A stretch of 64,000 bases of DNA from Candidatus Latescibacterota bacterium (GCA_965217095.1 OZ244235.1:3673931-3737930); one strand, 5' to 3'; shown: positions 19,038 through 28,779, counted from the stretch's first letter. Numbers and translations: made by a program. The notes: generated from the sequence alone by a model not told the origin.

Positions 19038-19817
19038 TCACGAATCACCTTTTCTTCTGTTGAAGTTTCTCGGGTTCGAAGGACCCCAGTACCTGTCGCG
19101 GATCTCCGCAGCTGCTTCGGCCTGGATGCCTCGAGCTATAAGATTGAGCAGGTCGTTGGCGGCGCCGACCTGCTCACCTTCGGGTGTGCCGTGGATCTCG
19201 ACAGCTTTGGCATAGGTATTCTCGGCTAGTTCAACATCTCCCGCGGCGAGGTAGCTGAGGGCAAGGTTGAAATGGGCATGGCTGCTGGGGGCTGATTGCA
19301 GTACCTCGCGAAACTGACCAATGGCCCTTTCCAGATTCCCCGCTTCGAAGAACGACCAACCCAGGTTGACGCGGGCTTTTACATTGGCAGGGTCCGCCCT
19401 CAAGGCCTGGTCAAACGCGTTTACAGCTGCCTCTTGGTCGCTCTGCACCCAATATTCGATACCCAGTTGGACGTAAGCTTCTCCCAGCGCGCGACGGGTC
19501 GTCGCTCGCTTAGGTGCGAACTCCAATGCTTGCGTTAACGCACCTACGGCCCGATGCGGCTGATCGTGCCGGGAATATCCGACACCCATATTGTAATACG
19601 CGGCCGACAGATTGCGATCGAAATCTGTCGCGAAACCAGCCGTCTGTGCTCGTCGCGAGGTCGAGTCGATCCACGCCCTCCAGTGGGCACTATCAGGACT
19701 CGAAGTTTCCAGAAGATAAACCGCGCCGAGGGCCGTCAGCCACAAATTGTCGGGATAACGATCGGTGGCTTTCTGCAGGACAGGACCTGGGTCATCTCCT
19801 AAAATAGAGAAGCGCAT
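19038..19817 (-). CDS. TPR-repeat protein, probably the C-terminal part of a TMTC/PMT_2-like membrane protein split from 19792-21144
   Basis: TPR-like repeats such as AAYYNMGVGYSRHDQPHRAVGALTQALEFAP, AAVNAFDQALRADPANVKARVNLGWSFFEAGNLERAIGQF and HFNLALSYLAAGDVELAENTYAKA. Overlaps the upstream ORF by 26 nt in another frame. Confidence 0.8.
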   Translation of the reverse strand: MRFSILGDDPGPVLQKATDRYPDNLWLTALGAVYLLETSSPDSAHWRAWIDSTSRRAQTAGFATDFDRNLSAAYYNMGVGYSRHDQPHRAVGALTQALEFAPKRATTRRALGEAYVQLGIEYWVQSDQEAAVNAFDQALRADPANVKARVNLGWSFFEAGNLERAIGQFREVLQSAPSSHAHFNLALSYLAAGDVELAENTYAKAVEIHGTPEGEQVGAANDLLNLIARGIQAEAAAEIRDRYWGPSNPRNFNRRKGDS

Positions 19818-21144
19818 AAGTCAACCTCGCGTAGGCGTCCGCCAGGGGAATCGTCGCCGCGCTATGGTCGATGGCGCGGCGCAGTTGCCGAGCGCCGAGG
19901 ACATTGTCACTATTGCTGATATAACTGCGCCCCGATGTATGCAAGCCCAAAGCTTCTACCCGCTTCAGGCTCGCGAAACTCGACACCATGAGGGCGAAAT
20001 AACACAAGATGATCGCAGGTTGAAAGAGCCGTCCGAGCTTCGAAAGAAAAAATCGCAAAACCCAAGCAAGCAGGACGGAGGTTCCGGCACTGGCGCCGTA
20101 TAGATAGCGGGACGGTCCGGAGGGCAGGTCGAGCAGGATTCGCTCGTTGAGCAGCGAAAACGGCAACAGGCTCAGCAGCACCCACAGCGTCCAAAGGCGA
20201 AGTTTGTGGTTACCTCCACTGACCAAAGGAATCAACAACACGACCAGAAACCCAAAGCCGACGTACAACTCCCAGGGATGCCGGGCATAGAGGGTCATAG
20301 GCACCCAGTGAGCCGTGGTAACGAGTCGACTCAACAACCACAGCAGAACCCCGGCTGCCCCCCCGACGGTGGAACTCGAGCTCGCCGCCGAATCGCCGTA
20401 CGACTCAATGGCCTGCCAGGTGCTGGTTTCGTCCGCCGCCCAAAGGAGTCCGAGCAATACTGCGGGTAAACTGACGGCTCCGCCCCACGCAAAAAGTCGA
20501 AGAGCCCCTCGAATGTCGGATCGCCGCTGCCAGTACCAAAATGCGGAAAGTGGCCACACTACGGCTGCAGACAGGTGCGCGAGCGTGCCAAGCGCAAGGA
20601 ACGCCAGCCACGGGCCCCGCCACAACGGGCGATTCTCAAATGCCAGAATCCCGAACGAAATCAAGGAAGCCAGCGCCAACGACAGGGCCAGTGGGTAGTC
20701 CATCGCCGAGATGTACTGGATCGCCTGGAAGTGCCCGACGTTGACGAAAAAGAGCAAGGCTGCGCACCAGCTGAAGTCCCGACTTTCACCTAGCTGCCGA
20801 ATCCAAAGGGCAAACAGCACCGTCGCCAATCCATGCAAGAACACTGACAGCAGGTGGAACCACTTCGGATCGTTCCCAAAGGCGAGAAAAGCAAGCCACT
20901 TCGTCAGCTCGGCAGTTGGCCTTCCTGATGGGACCTCCTTCTCCACGGAGAAGAAAAAAGTGAAATCCTCGCTTATGGCGATGTTGTCGCGAAACGTCTC
21001 CGCATCGTGGGTATCCAGGAGGTGGTCACTCAAGCTGCCGAAGTAGATCCACGCGCAGGCGGCAATGCGAACCATATAGAATATCCGTCTTTTTGTAGCG
21101 CACTGCGCATGGCTGTACCCCAGTAAGAATCCAAAAGATATCAC
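19792..21144 (-). CDS. polytopic membrane protein resembling the transmembrane domain of TPR-containing glycosyltransferases (PMT_2/TMTC-like)
   Basis: Multiple hydrophobic segments: FHLLSVFLHGLATVLFALWI, LALSLALASLISFGILAF, WLAFLALGTLAHLSAAVVWPL and others. The tail ADAYARLTYALLYF runs into the TPR ORF. Confidence 0.8.
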   Translation of the reverse strand: MISFGFLLGYSHAQCATKRRIFYMVRIAACAWIYFGSLSDHLLDTHDAETFRDNIAISEDFTFFFSVEKEVPSGRPTAELTKWLAFLAFGNDPKWFHLLSVFLHGLATVLFALWIRQLGESRDFSWCAALLFFVNVGHFQAIQYISAMDYPLALSLALASLISFGILAFENRPLWRGPWLAFLALGTLAHLSAAVVWPLSAFWYWQRRSDIRGALRLFAWGGAVSLPAVLLGLLWAADETSTWQAIESYGDSAASSSSTVGGAAGVLLWLLSRLVTTAHWVPMTLYARHPWELYVGFGFLVVLLIPLVSGGNHKLRLWTLWVLLSLLPFSLLNERILLDLPSGPSRYLYGASAGTSVLLAWVLRFFLSKLGRLFQPAIILCYFALMVSSFASLKRVEALGLHTSGRSYISNSDNVLGARQLRRAIDHSAATIPLADAYARLTYALLYFRR

Positions 21145-21280
21145 CGCTTACTTGACGGTCCAATGCAGAACCGCGTTTATCGACCGTTGAGCATAGCTCC
21201 GTGTATTTGGCGACTCAGCGCCGCAATTTACCAGGCCAGTTATTGAACAGGGCACTAGGACATCTCATCTGGAGGGTATT

Positions 21281-22843
21281 ATGGCTGAATCGGGAAAGGC
21301 GCAATTACCAGGCGCACCTTTTGGTCTCGAAGCTCGAGAGAATCCGGGGGAGTGGCAACCTCTCTTCGACTGGTTCGACGTCTACCCCGGCAACCGCTGG
21401 AAGGACCGCCACGACCAGTTCAGCCTGTTCGACTCCCCCTCCGGTATCCGGCTGACCGTAGAAGAGGCTGACGTTTCCGACGTGCTCTTCAGGGATGATG
21501 CCGACTGGGAAGGGGGCTTGCTGCCGCTCTACGTCTGGCAGGAGGACGGTCAGTACAGGATGCTCTATCGCGCCACCGGGGGGACGGCATACCGCTACAG
21601 CGAGAATGGCTACAAATGGACGCGGCCGGACATTGGCCGGATCGAATACAACGGATCGAAAAAGAACAACCTGGTGTGCGACCAATGCGTCGGACCGATC
21701 ATGGAGGATCCCCAGGCGCCGCCCGCGGAGCGCTACAAGTCCTGGGTTGAAATCGCGGGTATGTTCGATCCCGACATTGGGGAAGAGCTGGACGTGGAAG
21801 AAGGCTTGAAGCGAATGGGGGATATGGAATATGCCGGCGACAGCTATACCGGCCCTCCCATGGTCATGCGTGCGTACGTGCGCGGTTTCACTTCGCCCGA
21901 TCTCATGCACTGGACGCAGATCGAAAAACCGGTAGCCAACATGCCTTCCGACGGTACCGGCAGCTATCCGAACTTCGAACCGGAGACGGGAACCTACTTC
22001 GCCTACATACGCGTACACGGCTTGCCGGCGGAGGAGTTTCAGGCGCTTGCTCACAGTACGCCGGAGCTGGACTACACGCGTAGGTGCGTGGGATTGACCC
22101 GTACCAAAGATTTCTACAACTGGCCTCCTGCCAAGCTGGTGTTATACGCGGATGCCAACGACGGACCGCAGATTTCCTTCTACGGTGGCTTCTATTTTCC
22201 GTATCCGAAGCGCAAGGGAGTGCACTGCATGCTGGTTCATGTCTTCGACCAGATCAGCGGCCATGTAGACAACCAGATCGCCTTCAGTCGCGACGGCCTC
22301 ATATGGAACCGGCCGGAACGAAGTGCCAGCATCAGAGTGGGACCCCCAGGGAGCGGACGCAACGGATGCGTGTATGCCCAGGGCGGACCGGTGGAGCTTC
22401 CGGACGGCCGCTGGGCGGTCTCAGTCACAGGTGGCACGAGCCTGCACAACGGCTTTTATCCGGGGATGAAGATGCCATGGGATGGTGAGCAGATTAACTG
22501 GGCGCGGTGGCAGCCCCACCGTCTGTGCGGCATCGAAGCCGAGAACGAAGGTCGTTTCACCGTGCCGACACAAAAACGGAGCCAGGACGCATTGCGCCTA
22601 AATTACCGCTGTGACAACGGCGGTTGGATAAAGGTGGAGTTGCGCAACAAGGTGCCATCGCGGAAATACCCCGACGGCGAAGGAACACCCGGACTGACGT
22701 TCGAGGATTGCGACTGGATCTACGGCGACGAGGGGGATAGGTTGGTGACCTGGAATGGCAAGAGCGATATATCGGCGGTCGGGGAAACGGTGACGATCCG
22801 CATTCGCATGTTTCGTGCCAAGGTGTTTGCTTACAAAATTTAG
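21281..22843 (+). CDS. uncharacterised putative beta-propeller protein, subfamily II of the expanded family
   Basis: GGAGGG RBS. 520 aa. Parallels 25766-27322: DWFDVYPGNRW vs DWYEIWPGQAG, YSENGYKWTRPDIG vs ESDDGMHWERPELG, AFSRDGLIWNRPER vs AISRDGWSWARPER. Tail VTIRIRMFRAKVFAYKI. Confidence 0.85.
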   Translation: MAESGKAQLPGAPFGLEARENPGEWQPLFDWFDVYPGNRWKDRHDQFSLFDSPSGIRLTVEEADVSDVLFRDDADWEGGLLPLYVWQEDGQYRMLYRATGGTAYRYSENGYKWTRPDIGRIEYNGSKKNNLVCDQCVGPIMEDPQAPPAERYKSWVEIAGMFDPDIGEELDVEEGLKRMGDMEYAGDSYTGPPMVMRAYVRGFTSPDLMHWTQIEKPVANMPSDGTGSYPNFEPETGTYFAYIRVHGLPAEEFQALAHSTPELDYTRRCVGLTRTKDFYNWPPAKLVLYADANDGPQISFYGGFYFPYPKRKGVHCMLVHVFDQISGHVDNQIAFSRDGLIWNRPERSASIRVGPPGSGRNGCVYAQGGPVELPDGRWAVSVTGGTSLHNGFYPGMKMPWDGEQINWARWQPHRLCGIEAENEGRFTVPTQKRSQDALRLNYRCDNGGWIKVELRNKVPSRKYPDGEGTPGLTFEDCDWIYGDEGDRLVTWNGKSDISAVGETVTIRIRMFRAKVFAYKI

Positions 22844-23006
22844 GGGCAGCGAGGTCGGCGGCCAGCTGCGCTCGTGTCCAGGCAGCCGGCGAGCCGTTCC
22901 GCGCTGTAGATGGCTCGCCTGCGAAATTCTTGTCGGATAGCCAACTCGCGGGGCACACGGGTTTCTTCGAGGTTGTAACGATCAGGCCCTCAGCGTGCGC
23001 ACAGCC

Positions 23007-24650
23007 TTAGGATTCGCAGCGAACCCGCAACTGCACCGTGTCCAGAGCAACCGGCGACGACGCGGACTCACCCCTGTTTTTCACTGCCACTTCCAGCTGA
23101 TTCTCGCCGCGTTTGACCTGCCTGCTATCCAGGTCAGCTTGCAACCACTGGCCCTCCGCCGGATTGCGGTCCGGGTCTGCCGGCTGCAGCCCATCGACCG
23201 ACGCTCCGTTTAGTTTCACGGAGAGGTCGTCTCCTGCAACGTGGTCCCACAAATGCAGGCTGAAATCCAGGCTCTTGGCCCCTGCGGTGCCCACGTCCTC
23301 GCCCACAAAAAAGTTAGACGACAAGGGAGCATCCGGCTCGAGTGTTACCTCCTCGACAAAATCGAAGCTGTTGGCGCCTTCGAAGCGGTCGATGCCGTAC
23401 AGGCGGTCTTTGCCTGCCATCGTCGCGACCTCGCCGATCTCCCGATACCACTGTGGCCGGCCGAGTGCGGGATTGAAGATATAGAGGCCGTCGGCGCCGG
23501 CATTGAACATGTTCATCGCCGCGCCGCGCCAGGCCGGGAACGTCCCCTCCCAGTCGTTGAACACGATGATATACGACGGTTTGCCGGTGCGATCAACCTG
23601 CCCCCCGTACAGGGTTTCGAGCCATTTGGAGTACTCCCGGAACTTGCCATCGCCATGCCCCAGGAACACCCAGCGATCCCAGAACGCCCACGAGATACAG
23701 GGATAGACCGGGATCTCGTACTTGTGCCCCAGGTCGATGATGTCGCTGTAGGAGTCGCGGAAGACCGACTCCTGACTGCCGCCGGGGCAGAACTGGTCGA
23801 TCAGTCCCTCCTGGAGCCAGGTTTCCAGGTCGACGCCGACGCGGACACAATCCTCCAGGCTAAACGGGGTGTGGGCCGACAGCAGTAGCGGACGACCGCG
23901 GCGGCTGGCAACGTCGTCTGCCATGCGTCGGATGCGCCGCATCAAGTCGTTCATTATTTCCACATGTTCCGGCTCGACCGGATCTCCTTGTATCGACTCG
24001 CGGAAGAACGGCCAGTACTTGAAGAACTCCATGCCGATGAGGTCCACGTCGTAGTTCTCCGCCACCTCCTCGATGACACCGAAGATGTGGTTGCGCACCT
24101 CGGGCATGGCAAAGTCCAATCGCGTCCATTGTCCTTTCAGCTGGTGTTGGCCGTGCTCTCCCCAGTCGCCTTCCTTACCCATCATACACTCGGGATGCTC
24201 CTGTTTGAACGGCGCTATCCCGTAGGTCCAGCGGCGGCTTCCAGGCGGAAAGGCGTCGTGGACATCGTTCATGCGCAGGCACCATGCTGCTTCCATGCCG
24301 TGCTCGTGACTGAAGTCAAGCTGGATCTGGAGGGTGTCGCGCCCGTACTTCTCCACCAGCTCCAGCGGGACCTCCTTACCGTAGAATCCGCCGAGCTTGG
24401 TGTGGTGCGAGAAGGTGAGGCCGGCCATGGCGCTGGCGAACCAGTTGCTGTCCACCTGCGAGCCGATCAGTGGCGTGCTGCGTGCATCGAGGAAGTCTTG
24501 AGCCAGGTCCCCCGTCTTGCGCACCATCAGCGCTTCGGCCACGTCGTGCTCGTGTTCCACGCCGGAGCGCGCTTCCAAAGCGTCATCGCCGTCGTTGTTG
24601 TAGATGATCCGGCGTTTGCGCCAGCGTGCTTTTTCCCGTGCTGCGTCCAT
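23007..24650 (-). CDS. putative TIM-barrel glycoside-hydrolase-like protein with a C-terminal beta-sandwich
   Basis: AAAGGAG lies 9 nt before the ATG at 24650. RRIIYNNDGDD is an N-terminal block seen in GH-like TIM-barrel proteins of polysaccharide degraders. 547 aa. Function is not established. Confidence 0.75.
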   Translation of the reverse strand: MDAAREKARWRKRRIIYNNDGDDALEARSGVEHEHDVAEALMVRKTGDLAQDFLDARSTPLIGSQVDSNWFASAMAGLTFSHHTKLGGFYGKEVPLELVEKYGRDTLQIQLDFSHEHGMEAAWCLRMNDVHDAFPPGSRRWTYGIAPFKQEHPECMMGKEGDWGEHGQHQLKGQWTRLDFAMPEVRNHIFGVIEEVAENYDVDLIGMEFFKYWPFFRESIQGDPVEPEHVEIMNDLMRRIRRMADDVASRRGRPLLLSAHTPFSLEDCVRVGVDLETWLQEGLIDQFCPGGSQESVFRDSYSDIIDLGHKYEIPVYPCISWAFWDRWVFLGHGDGKFREYSKWLETLYGGQVDRTGKPSYIIVFNDWEGTFPAWRGAAMNMFNAGADGLYIFNPALGRPQWYREIGEVATMAGKDRLYGIDRFEGANSFDFVEEVTLEPDAPLSSNFFVGEDVGTAGAKSLDFSLHLWDHVAGDDLSVKLNGASVDGLQPADPDRNPAEGQWLQADLDSRQVKRGENQLEVAVKNRGESASSPVALDTVQLRVRCES

Positions 24651-24673
24651 TGCTATGGCTCCTTTGCTGCCGT

Positions 24674-25585
24674 TCAGGACGGCATCTCTAACTCTTTCGG
24701 GTTGATCACACACCACTTGTGTCGGCCGCTGCGTCCCGCCCCGTCCAGCATTTCCGGACTGGTTACAACGGTGCCGAATTCCAGCAGGGTCATGAAATCG
24801 GTATCCCCCTCCGGGGTACGAAAGATATTGTAATCTGCGACCGCTTCCTGTTGCGCCAAATCCGCCAGATCGCGCATGCGAAAACGTCGGGCCGCACTGT
24901 TGCCGATCGCCGCCAATCCCACGCGGCCGTTATCCTCCAGCATGCGACCCAGACGGTTGAAGTCGGGGCGGCGCGAGCCGTAATACCCGCCGGCACTCGG
25001 TTTCGGCTGGTAGTCGGTCATCGGCTGGTCATACACAGTGCCGTCCGCCCTTCGCACCTTCACCGACATGTCGATGGTATGGCGATACGGAACCTCGCAC
25101 AGGAACTCAGCAAAGTGATGGCTGGTGGAGCTGGCGTAGGTCAAGCCCAGCATCACCACCTGCGTTCCCAATGCCAGCATTACACCGAATGCCGAGCGGG
25201 GATCGAAGGCAGAAAGAGATGGATCCACCTGCGTAATCACTTCGGCGCGAGGGCCAACGGCGGCGAAGCTGTGGCGGTAGGCGATGCTGCGCATTGCGTT
25301 GGGCCGGCGCCGGGCCGCTTCTGTAATGGCTCCCATTTCCGACGGATCGGTCGCCGGATCGATGATCGGGATCTCCTTCTCTTCGTGAGCGAAGGTGAAG
25401 GTCGGGACGACCAATGTTCCGCGGTCGCCCAAAATCTCGAGCAAAACATCGACAACCGTGTCGGCACCGCCCTCGATGCGACCAATGGTGCGCATAGCGG
25501 TATGCAGGAGAACGGTATTGCCCTCCTCCAGGCCGAGGCGACGGAAGCCGTGGGTGATTTCACCTCGTGTCCGTTCGTTTGCCAT
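24674..25585 (-). CDS. aminoglycoside N3-acetyltransferase (AAC(3)) family protein
   Basis: From the ATG at 25585: GFRRLGLEEGNTVLLHTAMRTIG...GGADTVVDVLLEILGDRGTLVVPTFTF...MGAITEAAR... is typical of the Antibiotic_NAT fold. The 455-aa extension in the ORF track is non-homologous. Confidence 0.85.
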   Translation of the reverse strand: MANERTRGEITHGFRRLGLEEGNTVLLHTAMRTIGRIEGGADTVVDVLLEILGDRGTLVVPTFTFAHEEKEIPIIDPATDPSEMGAITEAARRRPNAMRSIAYRHSFAAVGPRAEVITQVDPSLSAFDPRSAFGVMLALGTQVVMLGLTYASSTSHHFAEFLCEVPYRHTIDMSVKVRRADGTVYDQPMTDYQPKPSAGGYYGSRRPDFNRLGRMLEDNGRVGLAAIGNSAARRFRMRDLADLAQQEAVADYNIFRTPEGDTDFMTLLEFGTVVTSPEMLDGAGRSGRHKWCVINPKELEMPS

Positions 25586-25765
25586 ATCCGAAGTCCGTAG
25601 ATTTTTGACGCCAGTGCCGATGACGGCGGAAGCTATCAAAGCAGTGAGGGGCCTGCAACTGCTGCAAAGACCTCTACTTGGAATCCGCAAAGGTGGATTG
25701 CTATTATCTTGCTTCAATCGCCCGGGGGATATTTTGGAAGCTTCGTATACCTTCGGGTCAGCCGA

Positions 25766-27322
25766 ATGACCGAGTTCATCGCTAACAGGAGAGCAACAGT
25801 GAGCAAGAATGGCCCCACCCTTAAACCGTTCGTTGACTGGTATGAGATCTGGCCCGGGCAAGCCGGCAGGAAGAAGGATGATGACGGCAGCTGGCTGCAG
25901 GACCCTCCCGAGGGTGTCAGGCTCTCGATTCAGGAGGCGCGCCGGTCGGAGCCGATCGTGCGGGCCGAAAAACCGTGGGAGGTGGATTCGATCGTCTACC
26001 CCTGCGTGATCCACGAGAATGGTCGCTATCGCATGTGGCATTGGTCACAGACGAAGGAGGGGCGTTTCAACTGCTATCAGGAAAGCGACGATGGCATGCA
26101 CTGGGAGAGGCCGGAGCTGGGATTGGTCGATTTTCGGGGTTCCAGCGCCAACAACCTGATCTCAAGCCACGAAGAGTTTGAGATAGATTCCGTCTTTGTC
26201 GACCCGACGGCCGGTCCGGAGGAACGTTACAAGGCGATCTGTCCTAAAACGATCTTCTTCCGCGATGGTGTTCTGGACCCCGAGATGGACTGGCCGAAGT
26301 TCCGCGAGCTCGGGCAGCAGACCGGCGCAGCAAGCGATCCTACACGCAACACAATGACCGAGGTCCGAGAACAATTCGGGGTCTGGCGGGACAATGTCGT
26401 TCTCGGCGCCGTCTCCGCGGATGGTCTGCGTTGGCGTCTTCTGGAGGAACCGCTGGTGAATGTCGGGAGCACCCCGCTGGACACGCAAAATGTCGCGGCA
26501 TTCAATCCCGACACCGGTGAATACCTAGCGTTTCTTCGGGGATTTCCAGAGGAGCCGGAGTACGGTGTTCGCGGCCGCCGGGTATTGCGTCGCACCGGCG
26601 GCAAGGAGTTCGGCAACTGGCACGAGCCGCGGTTCGTGCTAGCGGCCGATCCGCAGGATCCGCCAACCGATGATATCTATACTCCGGCCTACTGCCGTTA
26701 CCCGGGCGTGCCCGGACTCTACCTGATGTTCCCGTCGATCTACCACCGCCTCGATTCTGAGCTCGATGTGCAGCTGGCGATCAGCCGCGATGGCTGGAGC
26801 TGGGCTCGTCCCGAACGCCGGCCGATCATCACCCGGGAAACCGACGACGGCGAGTACGGAATGATCCACGCCGGCCCCAACCTGGTGCCCTTGAACGACG
26901 ACGAGTGGGCGGTGGCGTATGACGGACGGTATGGCCGGCACGATCACGGAACTCCGGAAGCGCCGTGCGAGATTCGTTGGGCCATCTGGCAACGCAACCG
27001 GCTGGTCGCGCTTGAGGCACCGATCGAAGGGCGGGTGACCACCATGGGCCGGCCGTGCCACGGCAGTGAGCTGCGCATCAATTTTCGCACCAAACGAGCC
27101 GGTTGGGTAAAGGCGGAACTGGTTACGCCCCCAACCCTGCCAATCAGCGAGACCAAGGTGCTGGAGGGGTTCAGCGCAGCCGACATAGATACTCTGACCG
27201 GAGACGAGCTCGAGAGGGTGGTGACCTGGAAGGGGAAGAGTGATCTGTCTGCGCTGAAGGGCATGACGATCTCGGTGCGTCTGCAGATGGCGCGGGCCGA
27301 GGTGTTCTCTCTGGAGTTTTGA
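25766..27322 (+). CDS. uncharacterised putative beta-propeller protein, subfamily II
   Basis: See 21281-22843. Tail ISVRLQMARAEVFSLEF. The stop overlaps the start region of the next family member. Confidence 0.85.
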   Translation: MTEFIANRRATVSKNGPTLKPFVDWYEIWPGQAGRKKDDDGSWLQDPPEGVRLSIQEARRSEPIVRAEKPWEVDSIVYPCVIHENGRYRMWHWSQTKEGRFNCYQESDDGMHWERPELGLVDFRGSSANNLISSHEEFEIDSVFVDPTAGPEERYKAICPKTIFFRDGVLDPEMDWPKFRELGQQTGAASDPTRNTMTEVREQFGVWRDNVVLGAVSADGLRWRLLEEPLVNVGSTPLDTQNVAAFNPDTGEYLAFLRGFPEEPEYGVRGRRVLRRTGGKEFGNWHEPRFVLAADPQDPPTDDIYTPAYCRYPGVPGLYLMFPSIYHRLDSELDVQLAISRDGWSWARPERRPIITRETDDGEYGMIHAGPNLVPLNDDEWAVAYDGRYGRHDHGTPEAPCEIRWAIWQRNRLVALEAPIEGRVTTMGRPCHGSELRINFRTKRAGWVKAELVTPPTLPISETKVLEGFSAADIDTLTGDELERVVTWKGKSDLSALKGMTISVRLQMARAEVFSLEF

Positions 27323-27324
27323 GG

Positions 27325-28779
27325 TTGAAGCATCTCTTTATCGACGATCACGAGATCCAGCAGGTCGACAACCTGGCGCGCACGCTGCACCCGCTCGAAC
27401 ACTTTCCAAACAATGTGGTGCTGCGTCCCGAGCACCGCTGGGAGAATGCGGGCATACAGCTGGGAACCGCACCGTTCTGGGACCGGTCCGATGCGAGGTT
27501 CAAGACGATCTACGTGGCTGATGGCGCGCCGGCGGACAGTGATGAAGCTGGGCGCCGCAGCTATTCCTGTTACGCAGAATCCGCTGACGGCATCAACTGG
27601 GAAAAACCGTTTCTCGGTTTGTGTGACTATCCCGAACCAACCTGGACCGGTAAGCCAATCGGCAGAGAGAACAACATCCTTCCGAGCCTCTCCGGCGTTT
27701 TGCGGGGTCCTGTGTACGACGCGGTGGATCGGGATGATCAGCGACGCTACAAGGGGTTCTTTCACGGCAGCAAGGGACTGCACCGGGTGATCTCCCCTGA
27801 CTGTCTGCACTGGGAGGAGATGGATGGCGACCCGCTGCCCAGTCATGATGTAGCGCAGCTGACGCTGCAGGAGGACCCGCATCTGTTTATCGCCATGGCC
27901 AAACAAACCGGACCGTACGGCCGCTCCTACTGCCTCACCACGAGCGAGGACTTCATAGATTGGACCGACCAGGAGCTGGTGTTCCATGCCGACCAGATCG
28001 ACCAGGAGAACGGCTTCGAACGCCTGCGTCGTTTCTACGACGATGACAGATACAAGACGCCTATCTATAACCGCCCTGAAGAGTGGCGCACCGACATCTA
28101 CAACTTTCCCGTCATACCGTACGAAGGCCTCTACCTGGCGCTTCCGGTCATGCATCACTGGGCGGGGAAGAAACCACCCCTATACGAGAATGTGGAAAGT
28201 CGCAAGTCGTTGGAGCTGACGGTAAGTCGCGACCTGCGCCATTGGGAACGGGTGGCAAACCGGAAGCCGTTTCTGGAATTGTCGCCGATCGGAGACGGCG
28301 CCTACGATCTGGCACAGCTGGTCTCCACCGAGGGTTTCGTGCGCCGCAACGACGAGCTCTGGTTCTTTCTGAGCGGGCTCAAGCATCGGGCGCTCTCCGT
28401 GGCCGACGTCACGGCTGGAAAGCTGTTCGATAGCTCGGCGGTCTATGTGACCAAACTGCGGGTTGACGGATTCGTCGGGCTCAAGGGCGGTATCGAATGG
28501 GGATCGGTGGTAACGAAGCCGTTGGAGATTAGGACGCCAGAGCTGCGGATCAATGTCGATTCCTGGCGCGGAAAGGTGCGCGCTGAGGTGCTCGACGTAG
28601 AGGAGGACAGACCACTGCCAGGCTTCGCTGCAGAGGATTGTGTGGGCGCTACTGTTGACAACATCGACGAAGGGGTCCGCTGGAAAAGGAAGAACGACGT
28701 TGGAGAGTTGGTGGGACGTACGGTGCGGCTGCGATTCTCACTCTGGCAGGCTGAGCTTTACGGCTATTGGTTCGGATAA
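27325..28779 (+). CDS. uncharacterised putative beta-propeller protein, subfamily I
   Basis: The TTG at 27325 (or 27319) gives LKHLFIDDHEIQQVDNLARTLH, aligned to MKFLFLDDFHIERIDNLARKMH of 1422-2894. Long identical blocks throughout. Tail VRLRFSLWQAELYGYWFG. Confidence 0.85.
   Translation: MKHLFIDDHEIQQVDNLARTLHPLEHFPNNVVLRPEHRWENAGIQLGTAPFWDRSDARFKTIYVADGAPADSDEAGRRSYSCYAESADGINWEKPFLGLCDYPEPTWTGKPIGRENNILPSLSGVLRGPVYDAVDRDDQRRYKGFFHGSKGLHRVISPDCLHWEEMDGDPLPSHDVAQLTLQEDPHLFIAMAKQTGPYGRSYCLTTSEDFIDWTDQELVFHADQIDQENGFERLRRFYDDDRYKTPIYNRPEEWRTDIYNFPVIPYEGLYLALPVMHHWAGKKPPLYENVESRKSLELTVSRDLRHWERVANRKPFLELSPIGDGAYDLAQLVSTEGFVRRNDELWFFLSGLKHRALSVADVTAGKLFDSSAVYVTKLRVDGFVGLKGGIEWGSVVTKPLEIRTPELRINVDSWRGKVRAEVLDVEEDRPLPGFAAEDCVGATVDNIDEGVRWKRKNDVGELVGRTVRLRFSLWQAELYGYWFG

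Noticed and set aside
22888-22919. Perfect 8-bp GC-rich inverted repeat (GGCGAGCC ... GGCTCGCC) between convergent genes as an intrinsic terminator.
   Set aside because: It has a 16-nt loop and no U-tract on either strand, so it is not convincing as a terminator.
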